Shown in pieces: positions 27,561 to 39,379 of a stretch of DNA of 64,000 nucleotides; positions within the stretch are counted from its first letter, which is position 1, and the number at the start of each line of letters is the position of its first letter. The DNA lies in contig JBPXJQ010000053.1 in NCBI GenBank assembly GCA_051715345.1, positions 102,478-166,477 of the forward strand, given 5' to 3'. Source of the DNA: Candidatus Blackallbacteria bacterium. GTDB taxonomy: Bacteria; Cyanobacteriota; Sericytochromatia; UBA7694. The notes below the pieces were generated by a model. That model ran no database searches. It saw nothing but the letters and a program-made list of their open reading frames with translations, and had not been told where the DNA came from. The position numbers and the translations under genes are program-made.

Positions 27561-30500
27561 TTAAAGTGAAGGCCTTAAATCATCCGGTTTGAGGGTTGTG
27601 CGTAAGCTTTTGACCATTTCCGGAAAATTCTGGATGAGTTCATTTGCTGAGATTAATTCGAAGTTTCTCACATAGTGCATCAGCTTTTGGCTGTAATTTT
27701 GTAGAGCAAGCAGATCGGTTTGTTCTGCCAATTGTGAAAGAGAATTTGCAAAAGTTTCGAGTTCCGATATCTCCATTGAATCTTTGCGGCTTTGCCAACT
27801 TTCCATTAAAACACCCTCAAGGGTCTCGATGATTTGGAGGGTGGGTATTTTTGTGAAAAGATTTCCTTCTTGACTGTTTTGCTCTCTGCCGTCCGTTCCG
27901 ATTTTGCCCAGAAATTTGCTTAAGAGCGCCAGCAGGTTTTTTTGTTCAATCGGTTTTGAGAGTACGGCGGCAAACCCCTGTTGCAAGAAGTCTTGTTTGT
28001 CCTCGTCCATGGCATAAGCGGTTAAGGCGATGATGGGGATATGGGAGGGGAAATGGCTATTTTGTAAGACATGTAAGGCTTCTATTCCATCCATAATGGG
28101 CATTTTGATGTCCATTAGAATGAGGTCAGGGTGATGGTTTTGGGCTTGTTGGACTGCTTCTTTTCCATTTGCTGTGATTAAAAGTTCGATGGGTTGATCT
28201 TCCAGCATAAAGCGGATCAAATCCTGATTCATCTGAACATCTTCAGCCAGCAGAATTTGCGCAGGGCGGAGTCTGAATTGATGATTTTTTTCTGATTTGA
28301 CTTCTTGTTGAAACATTGAAATAGCCATGGGCACGTTGGGCAGTGAAACGCGAAAACAACTGCCTTGATTGGGTTGGCTTTTGACGCTGATCTTTCCATT
28401 CATCATTTCGATCAGACGCTGAGAAATAGCCAGCCCAAGCCCTGTTCCTCCCCGGTGCATGGCATAGGCCCGCTCCTGTTGGACAAAGGGTTTGAACAGA
28501 CGCGGCAAGAACTCTGCTGCGATGCCTATCCCTGTGTCTTGAAGCTCCAGGCTGATATCAACGTGATTGGGGGGTGTCTCGGGGGTTGTTTGCAGCTCTA
28601 CGTTCAGTTGGATGCTGCCTGAAGGGGTGAATTTGAGGGCGTTTCCAATCAGATTGATCAGGACCTGACGGAGCCGCACAGGATCCAGATAAAGCAGGGG
28701 GAGCGCTTGCTTGGGGTAGTTGAAGGTCAGTTCAAGGGCTTTTTCTTGGGCCGAGAGACTGAATAGTTGATACAGCTCTTTGAGCAGTTGTTTGAGATCT
28801 GTGGGCTCAGGATTGAGACTCAGTTTTTCGGCTTCGATTTTTGACAGATCGAGAATATCATTGATAATCGACATCAGGGCTGTGCCACTGGAACCAATTG
28901 CTGACAAATAATGCTGCAAATGGGGGTCTGTGATTTTTTCTTGCAAGAGATGAGAGAACCCCAGAATGGCATTCATGGGAGTGCGGATCTCATGGGACAT
29001 ATTTGCCAGAAAAACGGATTTCGCTCGTGTGGCTGCCTCAGCCTGCTCTTTGGCCTGTAATAAATCCCAATTGGCTTGGCGCAAGGCCAAGGTTTGCTGG
29101 TCTACCATTTCTTCAAGTTTGTGCCAAATTTGCTGACGTTCCAGGCTGCGACCCAGATTTTCTGCCAGGGCCATCAGCACAATTTGATCTTCTTCGAGCC
29201 AGGTGCGGGGGTGTCTAACCTCATCAAATCCAATCAATCCGTATAATTGGGCCGAAACAAAAATCGGGAAAACAAGCAGTGACTTGACCCCCATGGAAAG
29301 CATCTGGCTGCGCAGAGGATCTGGCAGATCTGAATGGAGAAGATCATCAATTTCAATCGATTGATGGTCCTGCAGCCGCATCAACCATTGTTCTAATCCT
29401 GTTAATGGGATATTTTGAGATTCCGCTTTGACGGCAGGGACTCCCTCTGCACACCATTCATAGCTATTGTTCATTGCTCCAGTATCTGGATCTAGGATCA
29501 TGGTATAAATTCGAGAGACATCAATAAACGCCCCCAGGCGTTCAAATACCTGATTGATCTCATTCCAGGGATCCGGGGTCGCCAAAATTTGCTGACCCAA
29601 CTCACGCATCAAGGCCTGAATATTGGCCAGACGTTGCAAGCGTTGTTCATATTCAATTTGCTGGGTGATATCTGTTTTAACAGCCACATAATAGGCCACC
29701 TGTTGGGCTTCATCCAGGACAGGCGAAATGGAGACATCTTCAGTAAACAGTGTTCCATCTTTGTGGCGATTGATCAGGCGTCCCCGCCAGGGGTGTCCGG
29801 AAGAAATGGTTTCCCACATTTTTTTATAAAAAGAGCCATCCTGGATGCCACTTTTGAGTACGCGGGGATTTTTGCTCAATACTTCTTCGCGGGTATAACC
29901 TGAGACACGCTCAAAAGCCGGATTGACATAGAGGATATTGCCTTTGAGATCGGTCATGACAACTGAACTGTCAGCCTGTTCCATGGCTGTGACCAGTCGA
30001 TTGCGCTCCTCTTCAATTTTTTTTCGGGCGCTGATATCATGTACGATCCAATACAGCAATTGTCTTTTGCCGAGATAGAGTGGGCCAGAAAAAATTTCCA
30101 CATCCCGGATTTCGCCATTGACCAGCGTGTGGCGGAAAAAGAAATGATTGCGTTTTTGACTTATTGCCGCCTGCATTTCTTCTTCCATTTCAGCGGGTGT
30201 CAGGGTATTGATTGCGAAGATCTTCATCGTTTTCAACTGACCGATGGGGTAGCCATAATACTGCTCTGCAGCTGGGTTACAATCGACAATCTCTCCGGTT
30301 AAGGAATCAATCAGCAAAACCACGGCCTGATTGGCTTCAAACAGTCTGCGATAGCGTTCTTCGCTGGCCAGAAGTCGCTTTTCGTTTTCCAAGTGCAAAC
30401 TAATGTCTCGGCTGACACCATGAACCTCCAAATGTCCATTGTCAGGGTTGATGACAAATTGGGTGGTGGCTTCTGTCCACACTTTTGAACCGTCTTTGCG

Positions 30501-31172
30501 GGGTTGCTCTACCCGCGTCGTATGGCTGGCGGATCCGCTCTGTTTAAAACTTTCAAGCGCATCAGGAAGAAGGGACAGCAGTAACTGATGTGATTCTGGC
30601 GTCAGGGTTTCTTCCAGCTTTTGTTTCATGACTTCTTCGGGTGTATAGCCCCTCAGTTTTTGCACCGAGGGACTGACATAGCGAAACGTTTGTGTCTCGA
30701 GATCCAAAATCCAAAGCACATCCAGGACATTGTCAGCCAATAAACGGTATATCTGTTCACTTTTTTGCAGGCGCTGCAACAGGGCCTTTTGCTCAGTGAG
30801 ATCCCGGACAAAACCTACCAATTCGCCTGTTTGCACCTGATGTTTAACCGTGATCCAAACATCTATTTCATGGCCTGCACGATGTGTGTGGCGGGTTTCA
30901 AAGGTGGTTTCGCCTTTTTCACGAATGGCCTGAATGTGTTTTTTGAGTTCTTGGGGGGAAAGTGAAAGATTGATCTCTTCAATGCCGAGCCCCTTTAATT
31001 CAGAGGGGCTGAGTCCCAGCATATCAGCCCAGGCTTGGTTTGCTTCGACAATCTGATTGGCTTGATTGAGGACAAAAAAACCAATCGCGCCATTGTCTAA
31101 AATACTCTGATATCGGAGATCCCTTAAATCGGAAGGGGAATTGATTGGGTTTTCAGCAAAACTGCTATCCAC
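27561..31172 (-). CDS. Hybrid sensor histidine kinase (multiple PAS/PAC plus GAF, HisKA, HATPase_c, REC, C-terminal HPt-like region)
   Basis: 1203 aa. H-box [22 protein letters not shown]-box [18 protein letters not shown]. Receiver [14 protein letters not shown]...[14 protein letters not shown]. Several PAS-like repeats N-terminal. Confidence 0.85.
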   Translation of the reverse strand: MDSSFAENPINSPSDLRDLRYQSILDNGAIGFFVLNQANQIVEANQAWADMLGLSPSELKGLGIEEINLSLSPQELKKHIQAIREKGETTFETRHTHRAGHEIDVWITVKHQVQTGELVGFVRDLTEQKALLQRLQKSEQIYRLLADNVLDVLWILDLETQTFRYVSPSVQKLRGYTPEEVMKQKLEETLTPESHQLLLSLLPDALESFKQSGSASHTTRVEQPRKDGSKVWTEATTQFVINPDNGHLEVHGVSRDISLHLENEKRLLASEERYRRLFEANQAVVLLIDSLTGEIVDCNPAAEQYYGYPIGQLKTMKIFAINTLTPAEMEEEMQAAISQKRNHFFFRHTLVNGEIRDVEIFSGPLYLGKRQLLYWIVHDISARKKIEEERNRLVTAMEQADSSVVMTDLKGNILYVNPAFERVSGYTREEVLSKNPRVLKSGIQDGSFYKKMWETISSGHPWRGRLINRHKDGTLFTEDVSISPVLDEAQQVAYYVAVKTDITQQIEYEQRLQRLANIQALMRELGQQILATPDPWNEINQVFERLGAFIDVSRIYTMILDPDTGAMNNSYEWCAEGVPAVKAESQNIPLTGLEQWLMRLQDHQSIEIDDLLHSDLPDPLRSQMLSMGVKSLLVFPIFVSAQLYGLIGFDEVRHPRTWLEEDQIVLMALAENLGRSLERQQIWHKLEEMVDQQTLALRQANWDLLQAKEQAEAATRAKSVFLANMSHEIRTPMNAILGFSHLLQEKITDPHLQHYLSAIGSSGTALMSIINDILDLSKIEAEKLSLNPEPTDLKQLLKELYQLFSLSAQEKALELTFNYPKQALPLLYLDPVRLRQVLINLIGNALKFTPSGSIQLNVELQTTPETPPNHVDISLELQDTGIGIAAEFLPRLFKPFVQQERAYAMHRGGTGLGLAISQRLIEMMNGKISVKSQPNQGSCFRVSLPNVPMAISMFQQEVKSEKNHQFRLRPAQILLAEDVQMNQDLIRFMLEDQPIELLITANGKEAVQQAQNHHPDLILMDIKMPIMDGIEALHVLQNSHFPSHIPIIALTAYAMDEDKQDFLQQGFAAVLSKPIEQKNLLALLSKFLGKIGTDGREQNSQEGNLFTKIPTLQIIETLEGVLMESWQSRKDSMEISELETFANSLSQLAEQTDLLALQNYSQKLMHYVRNFELISANELIQNFPEMVKSLRTTLKPDDLRPSL

Positions 31173-31182
31173 AAGGCCCTCC

Positions 31183-31749
31183 TTATTGTTCTGGGTTGGC
31201 TTTAAAACTCTCCATCAGCATCACGCGATAGCGCCAAAGGTATTCTGCCCCCGAAAGCAGGGTTAAAAAGACAGCCAAGGCATAAACGGCCTTGCCCAGA
31301 TTTAAAAATGCGGTAGAATTGGGGGCGCGTCCGACCAAAAAGATTAAAATACAGGCCATTTGGGCAACCGTCTTGGCTTTGCCCAAGGTGTCTGCGGCCA
31401 TCACTTCTCCACCTTTGCTGGAGATCAATGCGCGCAAACCCGTAATTAAAAATTCCCGGCCCATAATCACCACCACTGACCAGACGGGCAATTGCACAAC
31501 GTGGTCTGCGGCAAAAGCAATAAACGCTGTTGCCACCAAAAGCTTGTCCGCCAGTGGGTCCAATAATTTGCCCGCATCACTGGTTTGTTTAAAGCGCCGG
31601 GCATAATAACCGTCGAACCAATCCGTTGAGGCTGCCACAATAAAGGTCAATAACGCCATGACGTCCCACTGCAACCCTCCTGTCACAAAAAAACAGAAGG
31701 GAACAATCAGAACCAGACGCAGGAGCGTGAGCAGATTAGGGATTGTCAA
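31183..31749 (-). CDS. pgsA: CDP-diacylglycerol--glycerol-3-phosphate 3-phosphatidyltransferase
   Basis: CDP-alcohol phosphatidyltransferase motif [24 protein letters not shown]. 188 aa multi-TM protein. Confidence 0.85.
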   Translation of the reverse strand: MTIPNLLTLLRLVLIVPFCFFVTGGLQWDVMALLTFIVAASTDWFDGYYARRFKQTSDAGKLLDPLADKLLVATAFIAFAADHVVQLPVWSVVVIMGREFLITGLRALISSKGGEVMAADTLGKAKTVAQMACILIFLVGRAPNSTAFLNLGKAVYALAVFLTLLSGAEYLWRYRVMLMESFKANPEQ

Positions 31750-33052
31750 AGAAAAACCTGAAGCTACTTACGGGCTGCTCGGGGGTGGCGACCCGTTCGG
31801 ATTGGATCGCTTGTCCCAAAACGCCCGGGGTACCGTAAAAGACCACTTTTAAGCGGCCCAGTGGTGATGAGGTCGCGGCATTGGCGGAGGTGCCAAAACT
31901 GCGGGTGGGCAAGTCGGTCTCGCCATTGATCAGCGAGATATTATAACCACCGCCGCCGTTGGCGACATAAATCAACTTGTCATTGGAGGTGACATCCACG
32001 CCATTGGGAGAGGTCGTTGGGCGGCGGGGATCTGTATTTAAGGGAATATTGCGGCCGACACTCTGCAGGTTAATATTGCCTGCCAAAGCGCGCGGGTTGG
32101 GGATCACTGTCAGAACATTGGCTGAACTGCCGGTAATATACATCTTGCTGCCTGCATTGTTGATGGCAATGTTCTCTGGTGAGACAGGCACATTGGCAGG
32201 GATTTGATTGTCGCGCAGAGAGACCTGGGCCACGGGCTGTTGGATATTGGCGGCATTAAAGACCAGCAATTCGTCGGAGGCCGTATTCAGAACATAAACG
32301 CGTCCGGCACGATCGACGGCCAAGTCGCGCAAATCGGAGGTGACCGTGACAGGAATTTGGAAAAATTCAGCGGGGGTAATGGTGTCTTGGCCAGGATTGA
32401 TATTAAAGGCCAACAATCGCCCATTGGCCCGGTCAACCACGAAAAGGCGTGTATTGTCAGGGGACACAGCCATTTGTGAAGGGCTTGGGCGTTTGGTTTG
32501 GTTGGTACCTGTATTCAAGCGTACGACACCCTGAGCGATGATATTGGGCAAACGGCTGGGCACAGAGGTATCCAAGGTCGCGATGGTGGCGGTATCGCCC
32601 ACAGCCACGTAGGCACGCGTACCCGTGCTGTTGAATACCACGCCTTGAGGAAGGGTGCCCTGAACTGTGACCTTGCCACGGCTGATAAACTCGGTGCCTG
32701 TAAGGCGTTCAAAAATGGAAACGGAGCCATCGTTGATATTGGTCACCAAGATGCGGCGACTGTCGGAGGAAACAGCCAAATCATCGGGGCGATTACCTGT
32801 TTCTAGTTGGGTGATCACGCGGTGGGTTAAAAGGTCAAAAACCAACAGTTCGTTGGTGGTGGGGCTGACAATCAGCGAAATATTATTAGAGGGAGCCGTA
32901 ATTTGGCCAACGGAACAGGCCGTCAGCAAGGCGCTTGCTGCGAGGGCGGTCAAAACACCCCCTAAACGACGAAGCGAGGGCTGGGACAGGGTGGTTTTCA
33001 AAGCTTTTTTCATAAGAACCTGCAGAGTCTTGGTGATAGGATCTCTTTTCAA
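31736..33052 (-). CDS. Lipoprotein with YVTN-type beta-propeller repeats
   Basis: Signal peptide plus lipobox LLTAC. Repeated about 40-aa units of the form xxVxVxxxxxxLxVxNxxSxxVSVI (e.g. RILVTNINDGSVSIF, RAYVAVGDTATIATL, RLFVVDRANGRLLAF, KMYITGSSANVLTVI). Confidence 0.6.
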   Translation of the reverse strand: MKRDPITKTLQVLMKKALKTTLSQPSLRRLGGVLTALAASALLTACSVGQITAPSNNISLIVSPTTNELLVFDLLTHRVITQLETGNRPDDLAVSSDSRRILVTNINDGSVSIFERLTGTEFISRGKVTVQGTLPQGVVFNSTGTRAYVAVGDTATIATLDTSVPSRLPNIIAQGVVRLNTGTNQTKRPSPSQMAVSPDNTRLFVVDRANGRLLAFNINPGQDTITPAEFFQIPVTVTSDLRDLAVDRAGRVYVLNTASDELLVFNAANIQQPVAQVSLRDNQIPANVPVSPENIAINNAGSKMYITGSSANVLTVIPNPRALAGNINLQSVGRNIPLNTDPRRPTTSPNGVDVTSNDKLIYVANGGGGYNISLINGETDLPTRSFGTSANAATSSPLGRLKVVFYGTPGVLGQAIQSERVATPEQPVSSFRFFFDNP

Positions 33053-33235
33053 GGTGCTGCCTTTAGAAATAGTATGGGCAGACGTCTTTCTTTATAGCAT
33101 ATTTTGCCAAGCCCGACAAAAATTTTCACGTTCGAAAAAGACGCTTTGCAAAAATTCACATTTGAACCCAGCCCGGATCCCTCCCCTGCTTGCGGTACAC
33201 TGAACTCCTGATCCCTGTTCAAAAGGAGATGTTCC

Positions 33236-36200
33236 ATGTCGGCCCCCCAATTTGTCCATTGCAATGTCCATACTGAATTTTCGCTGCTGGATTCCACCGT
33301 GCGTATCAACGAGGTGGTGGCCAAAGCCGTTGAAATGGAAATGCCAGCCCTGGCCATTACTGACAGTGGGGTGATGTATGGGGCCTTGGCGTTTTACAAA
33401 CAGTGCCGCAAGAATGGCATCAAACCCATTTTGGGCTGTGAAATGTATGTGGCGCCCAAAGGGATCGAAGATCGCAGTGGACGACGCACGGGTGACAACA
33501 ATCAGCGCCTGACCTTGATCGCCAAAAATGATACGGGCTACCGCAATTTGCTCAAACTCGTGAGTGAGTCGCATATCAATGGGTTTTATTATAAACCCCG
33601 TGTTGATCATGCCCTGCTCGAAAAATACTCAGGGGGCCTGATTGCCATGAGCGCGGGCATGGGCGGCGAACTCCCGCAAAAGCTCATGAAAGAGGACTAT
33701 GCTGGCGCCAAACAATTGGCAAATTGGTACAAAGAGCGCTTTGATTTTTACTTGGAGTTGCAAGATCACCGGATTGAATTGCAGCAAAAGATCAACCGCG
33801 GCATGATGCAGCTTTCCAAAGACTTGGATTTGCCTGTGGCGGCGACCAACGATGTGCACTATCTCAATCAGGCCGATTCACAATTGCACGAAATGGTGCT
33901 TTGCATTCGCGATGGCAAAACCTTTAACGATACCAACCGATTCCGCTATCCTGGTGGTCCTGAGTATTATTTCAAAAGCCCTGCAGAAATGGCGCAGCTC
34001 TTTCAAGAGGTGCCCGAGGCCCTCAGCAATACCCTCGCCATTGCCGAAAAATGCCATGTCATTATTGAAACAGGCAATTACAAACTCCCGATCTATGATG
34101 TTCCGCCGGGTCATACCCCTGAAAGCTATCTGCGTGAACTGACCTGGAAAGGCATTCGCGAACGCTATGCTGAGATTACGCCTGAGATTCGCCAGCGGGT
34201 AGAGTTTGAGCTGGGTGTTATTGAGCACATGGGCTTTCCCAGCTATTTTTTGGTGGTGTGGGACTTTATCAATTATGCCCGTTTGCGTGGGATTTCGGTC
34301 GGACCTGGCCGTGGCTCTGCCGCAGGCAGCATTGTCTCTTACGCCCTGCGCATCACGGGCATCGATCCCATTCCCTTCCAATTGCTGTTCGAACGCTTTC
34401 TCAATCCCGACCGCATCAGCATGCCCGATATCGATATCGACTTTTGTATCGACCGCCGCGAAGAGGTGATCCAATACGTTACCCGCAAATACGGCGCCGA
34501 CAAAGTCGCCCAGATTCTGACTGTGGGCACCCTGGGTGCCAAAATGGTCGTGCGTGATATTGCCCGCACACGGGGCTTTGCTGCGACAGAGGCCGATCGC
34601 TTGGCCAAGATGATACCGACCAAACCTGGGGTCAAACTGGCTGACTTTATCCAAGAGGGCATGGATCTGCGCCTGGAGATGAACAAAAACCCTGAGATCA
34701 AACAATTGATCGAAGACGCCCTCAAGCTCGAAGGCAATGCCCGTCAGGTTGGGGTTCATGCCGCCGGGGTCGTTATTTCGCGTGACTCACTCGATACCGT
34801 GGTGCCGCTGCGGGCTGAAGACGGCAAACTCATCACCCAATTCACCAAAGATGAGGTCGAAGAGGTCGGTCTGCTCAAAATGGACTTTTTGGGTCTGCGC
34901 AACTTGACCATGATCTCCAAAACCCTTGAGATTCTCAAAGAATCCCGTGGGATTGAATTGGACATGGAGACCCTGCCCTTTGATGACGAAAACGCCTACA
35001 AGCTGCTCAGCTCGGGTTTTACGATTGGGGTCTTCCAATTGGAGTCCACGGGCATGCAAAAGCTGGTGCGACGCCTGATGCCCAACAATATTGAAGACAT
35101 TACCGCGCTGGTCGCACTCTACCGCCCTGGCCCCTTGGGCAGTGGGATGGACGTTGACTTTGTCGAGCGCAAATTTGGGCGGCAACAAGTTACCTATTAC
35201 GACCCTTCGCTCGAAGAGATGATCAAACCCATGCTCAAAGACACCTTTGGGTTGATTCTCTACCAGGAACAAATTATGCAGATTTCCCGCACGGTGGCAG
35301 ATTTTACGCCGGGTGAAGCAGATAATTTGCGCAAAGCGATGGGAAAAAAACAGGCAGATGTGATGGCCAAAATGAAGGCCAAATTCATCGAGGGCTCTGA
35401 GAAAAAACAGATTCGCAAAGAAGTGGCTGAGAATCTCTTCAATGTCATGGAAGAGTTTGCCAAATATGGTTTTAACAAGAGTCACAGCGCGGCATACGCC
35501 TATGTGGCCTATCAAACGGCTTGGCTCAAGGCCAATTATCCCGTGGAATATATGGCCGCTTTGATTTCCAGCGTGATGAGTACCCAGGACAAGGTTCCGC
35601 TTTACGTCGGAGAGGCCAGGCGTATGAAGATCCGTATTTTGCCGCCAGATATCAACGAGAGCATCCATAATTTCTCAGTCTTTGACAAAAATATCCGCTT
35701 TGGTTTGGGGGCTGTCAAAAACTTGGGGGCGGCTGCTATCGAAAATATTTTGGCCGATCGCAAGGCCAATGGACCTTTTACCTCTTTTTATGATTTCTGT
35801 TCGCGGGTCGATTTGCGGGTCTGTAATAAACGCTCATTGGAGAGTTTGATCAAAGCGGGGGCCTTTGATGGTATTCTCGACAACCGCAATATGCTTTTGC
35901 AGAATTTAGATAACACCATGGGCGCGGCCAACGACGCCCAAAAACACAAAAACATGGGTCAGACCAGTTTCTTTGAGCTTGATGGTGCCGCTGACCTCGA
36001 TTTTGAAAGGGCTCCCAGACTGATCGAGGCGCCGGAGTCCGATCGCGAAACACTGCTGATACACGAAAAAGAGGTCATCGGGATCTATGTTTCGGGCCAT
36101 CCCTTGGACATGGTCAAAGAACAGGTGCAGGCCTTTGCCCAGCACTCGGTGATCGATCTGCCCGAACTCGAAGAGGGCCGCGAAACCACCCTGGCAGGAC

Positions 36201-36682
36201 TGGTGGTCGAACGCCGAATCAAAACCAATGATAAAAACGAAAATATGCTCTTTTTAAAGATCGAAGATCTGACCGGCGAAATTGAAATTTTTGTTGCCCC
36301 CAAAACCTTTGAAAAATTCCGAACCCTGCTTGAAGGCGAAGACAAACTCTTGCTTAAAGCCAAAATTCGGCCCAAGCGGGACGATACTGAACCTCCCCGT
36401 CTGGCCCTGTTTGGTGTTTATTCGCTGATGCAATTGGAGACCCTGCGTTTGCGTTTTCCTGAATATGACGTGCGCAGACTGACAGCTTTGCGTTGTCTCT
36501 TGCAGGATTTTCCTGGCGAGACGCCTGTGGTCATTCTGTCTGAGCAGGAACCCGAAAATGCGATTGCGGTGGGCTGTGATTTTTGGATTCAGCCCGAAGA
36601 AAAACTGCTCAATCGCCTCGTAAAAAGTTTGGGTGAAGCCAATGTAACATTGGTAAAAGCGGCCACAGCGGCCACAGCCTGA
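33236..36682 (+). CDS. dnaE: DNA polymerase III alpha subunit
   Basis: PHP domain start FVHCNVHTEFSLLDS, polymerase core and C-terminal OB region. 1148 aa. Confidence 0.95.
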   Translation: MSAPQFVHCNVHTEFSLLDSTVRINEVVAKAVEMEMPALAITDSGVMYGALAFYKQCRKNGIKPILGCEMYVAPKGIEDRSGRRTGDNNQRLTLIAKNDTGYRNLLKLVSESHINGFYYKPRVDHALLEKYSGGLIAMSAGMGGELPQKLMKEDYAGAKQLANWYKERFDFYLELQDHRIELQQKINRGMMQLSKDLDLPVAATNDVHYLNQADSQLHEMVLCIRDGKTFNDTNRFRYPGGPEYYFKSPAEMAQLFQEVPEALSNTLAIAEKCHVIIETGNYKLPIYDVPPGHTPESYLRELTWKGIRERYAEITPEIRQRVEFELGVIEHMGFPSYFLVVWDFINYARLRGISVGPGRGSAAGSIVSYALRITGIDPIPFQLLFERFLNPDRISMPDIDIDFCIDRREEVIQYVTRKYGADKVAQILTVGTLGAKMVVRDIARTRGFAATEADRLAKMIPTKPGVKLADFIQEGMDLRLEMNKNPEIKQLIEDALKLEGNARQVGVHAAGVVISRDSLDTVVPLRAEDGKLITQFTKDEVEEVGLLKMDFLGLRNLTMISKTLEILKESRGIELDMETLPFDDENAYKLLSSGFTIGVFQLESTGMQKLVRRLMPNNIEDITALVALYRPGPLGSGMDVDFVERKFGRQQVTYYDPSLEEMIKPMLKDTFGLILYQEQIMQISRTVADFTPGEADNLRKAMGKKQADVMAKMKAKFIEGSEKKQIRKEVAENLFNVMEEFAKYGFNKSHSAAYAYVAYQTAWLKANYPVEYMAALISSVMSTQDKVPLYVGEARRMKIRILPPDINESIHNFSVFDKNIRFGLGAVKNLGAAAIENILADRKANGPFTSFYDFCSRVDLRVCNKRSLESLIKAGAFDGILDNRNMLLQNLDNTMGAANDAQKHKNMGQTSFFELDGAADLDFERAPRLIEAPESDRETLLIHEKEVIGIYVSGHPLDMVKEQVQAFAQHSVIDLPELEEGRETTLAGLVVERRIKTNDKNENMLFLKIEDLTGEIEIFVAPKTFEKFRTLLEGEDKLLLKAKIRPKRDDTEPPRLALFGVYSLMQLETLRLRFPEYDVRRLTALRCLLQDFPGETPVVILSEQEPENAIAVGCDFWIQPEEKLLNRLVKSLGEANVTLVKAATAATA

Positions 36683-36920
36683 TGTCATAATCTGAGGCCA
36701 CAACCCAGTCTGCAACACATTTTTGTCGCGCAATTTCACAATCGTTTTATTATTGTCAAGGTTTTTTAAGCCCAATGTTGTTTAAATTTTTGCAAAATTT
36801 TATTTCTATGCGACAGAGGCGCCATCTTTTCTTAACATCTTTCAGGTATTGTATATATCAAGACCAGATCATCAAGGATTCATAAAACAGTCCACTGGTT
36901 AGCCCATCAAAACTCTAGCT

Positions 36921-36948
36921 TGTGCCCCTCCCAGGGGCATTTTTTTTT
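36921..36948 (+). terminator. Strong rho-independent terminator in the dnaE-elbB intergenic region
   Basis: TGCCCCT-CCC-AGGGGCA hairpin (7-bp GC-rich stem) followed by nine T residues. About 240 nt downstream of dnaE stop. Confidence 0.6.
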
Positions 36949-37003
36949 CGGCTTTTTGGTGGTACGATAGGCCTATTCCCACCGAGATCTGAAGGAGTTT
37001 TTT

Positions 37004-37669
37004 ATGAAAAAAGTGGCTGTGGTTTTGTCTGGCTGTGGTGTCTTTGATGGGGCAGAAATTTATGAATCGACTTTGACCCTTTTAAACCTGGATCGTTTGG
37101 ATGTTCCCTATCAATGTATGGCACCCAATATTCCTCAAATGCACGTGATCAACCACCTCACCGGCCAAGTGGCAGAAGGTGAGACTCGCAATGTCTTGGT
37201 TGAAGCAGCCCGCGTGGCTCGGGGCGAGATTGTCGATTTGGCCCAGGTCAAAGCCGCCGATTACAGTGCTGTGATTTTTCCTGGGGGCTTTGGGGCAGCC
37301 AAAAACCTCTGCGATTTTGCAGTTAAAGGTCCTGAGTGTGAGGTCAATCCCGAAGTCGAACGTCTGATCTCTGAAGCACTGGTTGCAAAAATTCCACTCG
37401 GTTTTGTCTGTATTGCGCCTGCGATCATGGGCAAAGTGGCGCAAAAAGCCGGCTTGGAGACCACCCTCACCCTGGGTATGGGCGCCGATTGGGCCGAAAA
37501 AATGGAGGCAATGGGCACCCACCATCTCAGTTGCCCTGTGCGCGAAGTGGCAATCGATGAAACCCATCGGATTATTTCAACCCCTGCTTATATGGAAGCC
37601 GGCCGCATTTCAGAGGCCGCAGACGGCATTGAAAAACTGGTCAAAACCCTGGTCGGTTGGCTGCGTTAA
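37004..37669 (+). CDS. elbB: DJ-1/PfpI-family glyoxalase ElbB (isoprenoid biosynthesis protein ElbB/YhbL-like)
   Basis: MKKVAVVLSGCGVFDGAEI...YSAVIFPGGFGAAKNL...CIAPA nucleophile-elbow Cys. 221 aa. Confidence 0.8.
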   Translation: MKKVAVVLSGCGVFDGAEIYESTLTLLNLDRLDVPYQCMAPNIPQMHVINHLTGQVAEGETRNVLVEAARVARGEIVDLAQVKAADYSAVIFPGGFGAAKNLCDFAVKGPECEVNPEVERLISEALVAKIPLGFVCIAPAIMGKVAQKAGLETTLTLGMGADWAEKMEAMGTHHLSCPVREVAIDETHRIISTPAYMEAGRISEAADGIEKLVKTLVGWLR

Positions 37670-37690
37670 ACCGGAGCGGGCAACTGTCCG

Positions 37691-38302
37691 ATGCAAGTCA
37701 CTCCCACTGAAGTCACCGCCCTGATGCAGAGCCTGCAGCCTGCTATCCCGCTGATGAATATTTTGGAGGGATACAAAGATCTGCAGTCAGTGATGGCTGT
37801 TTTAGAGGCCCAGCAAAGCTTTGATCTCAAAAATAATTTGGCCCAATTCGGAGATCGGGAAGGGCCCGTGCCTTTCCCGGAAGAACACGACAGGATCAAA
37901 TACATAGGCTATTTTTTAACCGCCCATCTCGAACCGCAGCGCCCGATCACGATCAAATTTAATTTTGGCAGTGGGTTGGCCTTTCAGCCTTTGGTGCTGA
38001 TGCTCAAAGCCTTTTCCCTGCAAGGGACTCACCGCCCTCGCTTGGTGCAGGGGCTTTCGCTCTCTCAAATCGGTGAAACCAACGGTGTGGGTTTTGTCGG
38101 TTTTGAATTTGAGCCCTTGAATCAGCTTTTAAAAGACCCGGCCCGGATCACGGGTTTTCAGGTTTATTTAATGCGCCCCAAAAAGTTGGAGATCCCTGAT
38201 CTGCCCGTAGAAAGCGTGTACACTGAACCAGAGATTGGCCCAGGCGTGGTGCGTGCTGCCCCTGAGCTTCATGTCTATAAACATATTGATACACGGGCGT
38301 GA
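37691..38302 (+). CDS. Hypothetical protein (203 aa)
   Basis: ORF with no recognisable motif. Tightly packed between elbB and thrC. Confidence 0.4.
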   Translation: MQVTPTEVTALMQSLQPAIPLMNILEGYKDLQSVMAVLEAQQSFDLKNNLAQFGDREGPVPFPEEHDRIKYIGYFLTAHLEPQRPITIKFNFGSGLAFQPLVLMLKAFSLQGTHRPRLVQGLSLSQIGETNGVGFVGFEFEPLNQLLKDPARITGFQVYLMRPKKLEIPDLPVESVYTEPEIGPGVVRAAPELHVYKHIDTRA

Positions 38303-38305
38303 GGT

Positions 38306-39367
38306 TTGTTTATGTGGAAAGGTTTGATTCATCAATACCGGGAATTTTTGCCGGTTTCAGAAAATACCCCAGTGGTGTCGCTGCACGAGGGCAATACCCC
38401 TTTGATTTATGCCTGCCATCTCAGTGAGTTAACCGGTGCTCAGGTTTGGCTCAAATATGAGGGCCTGAATCCCACGGGTTCATTCAAAGATCGTGGGATG
38501 ACCATGGCGATCTCCAAAGCCTTAGAAGCGGGTAGCAAGGCCGTGATGTGTGCCTCGACAGGCAATACCTCAGCGGCCATGGCCGCCTATTGTGCCCGTG
38601 CTGGGATGCTTGGCTACATTTTGGTGCCCGATGGTTATGTGGCGCTGGGCAAACTCTCCCAAGCGATTGCTCACGGCTCCCGTGTGGTGCCGATCAAAGG
38701 CAATTTTGATCAGGCGCTCGAACTCGTGAGGGCCCTCTGTGAGAAATACCCTGTGACTTTGGTCAATTCGATCAACCCCTTTCGGATCGAAGGCCAACAG
38801 ACAGCAGCCTTTGAGGTTTGCGACCAATTGGGTTCGCCTCCGGATATTCTTTCCATTCCCGTTGGCAATGCGGGAAATATTACCGCCTATTGGAAGGGCT
38901 TTAAAGCCTATCACGCCAAAGGTTTAACTGAATTTTTGCCCCGCATGTGGGGTTTTCAAGCCGAAGGGGCTGCGCCGATTGTCTACAAGCGCCGCTTTGA
39001 AAAACCCGAAACCATTGCCACCGCGATTCGCATTGGCAACCCCGCCAGTTGGGACTTGGCCAATCAGGCCCTGGAAGAGTCCCGAGGACATATCGACGCG
39101 GTTACAGATGATGAAATTTTGGCGGCTTATGCTTTGCTCTCTAAACGTGAAGGGATCTTTTGTGAGCCCGCTTCAGCGGCTTCGGTGGCAGGTATTCTCA
39201 AAATGAAAGCGGCAGATAAAATCCAGCCCGGCAGCCGGATCGTTTGCGTTTTAACCGGCCACGGCCTCAAAGATCCTGACCGGGCAATTGCCTATCATAC
39301 CCAAGGCACCCAATTGCAGGCGGTGGAGCCCACATTGGATGCCTTGACGGAGCTGTTGGGTTTTTAA
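38306..39367 (+). CDS. thrC: Threonine synthase
   Basis: PLP-lysine motif [26 protein letters not shown], about 350 aa. Start may be 38312. Confidence 0.9.
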   Translation: MFMWKGLIHQYREFLPVSENTPVVSLHEGNTPLIYACHLSELTGAQVWLKYEGLNPTGSFKDRGMTMAISKALEAGSKAVMCASTGNTSAAMAAYCARAGMLGYILVPDGYVALGKLSQAIAHGSRVVPIKGNFDQALELVRALCEKYPVTLVNSINPFRIEGQQTAAFEVCDQLGSPPDILSIPVGNAGNITAYWKGFKAYHAKGLTEFLPRMWGFQAEGAAPIVYKRRFEKPETIATAIRIGNPASWDLANQALEESRGHIDAVTDDEILAAYALLSKREGIFCEPASAASVAGILKMKAADKIQPGSRIVCVLTGHGLKDPDRAIAYHTQGTQLQAVEPTLDALTELLGF

Positions 39368-39379
39368 GCGCTTGGATTT

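Noticed and set aside
33092-35668. Several 170-290-aa minus-strand ORFs (33092..33610, 33878..34759, 34787..35668)
   Set aside because: All lie inside the dnaE coding region on the opposite strand. dnaE is continuous and motif-rich across them.
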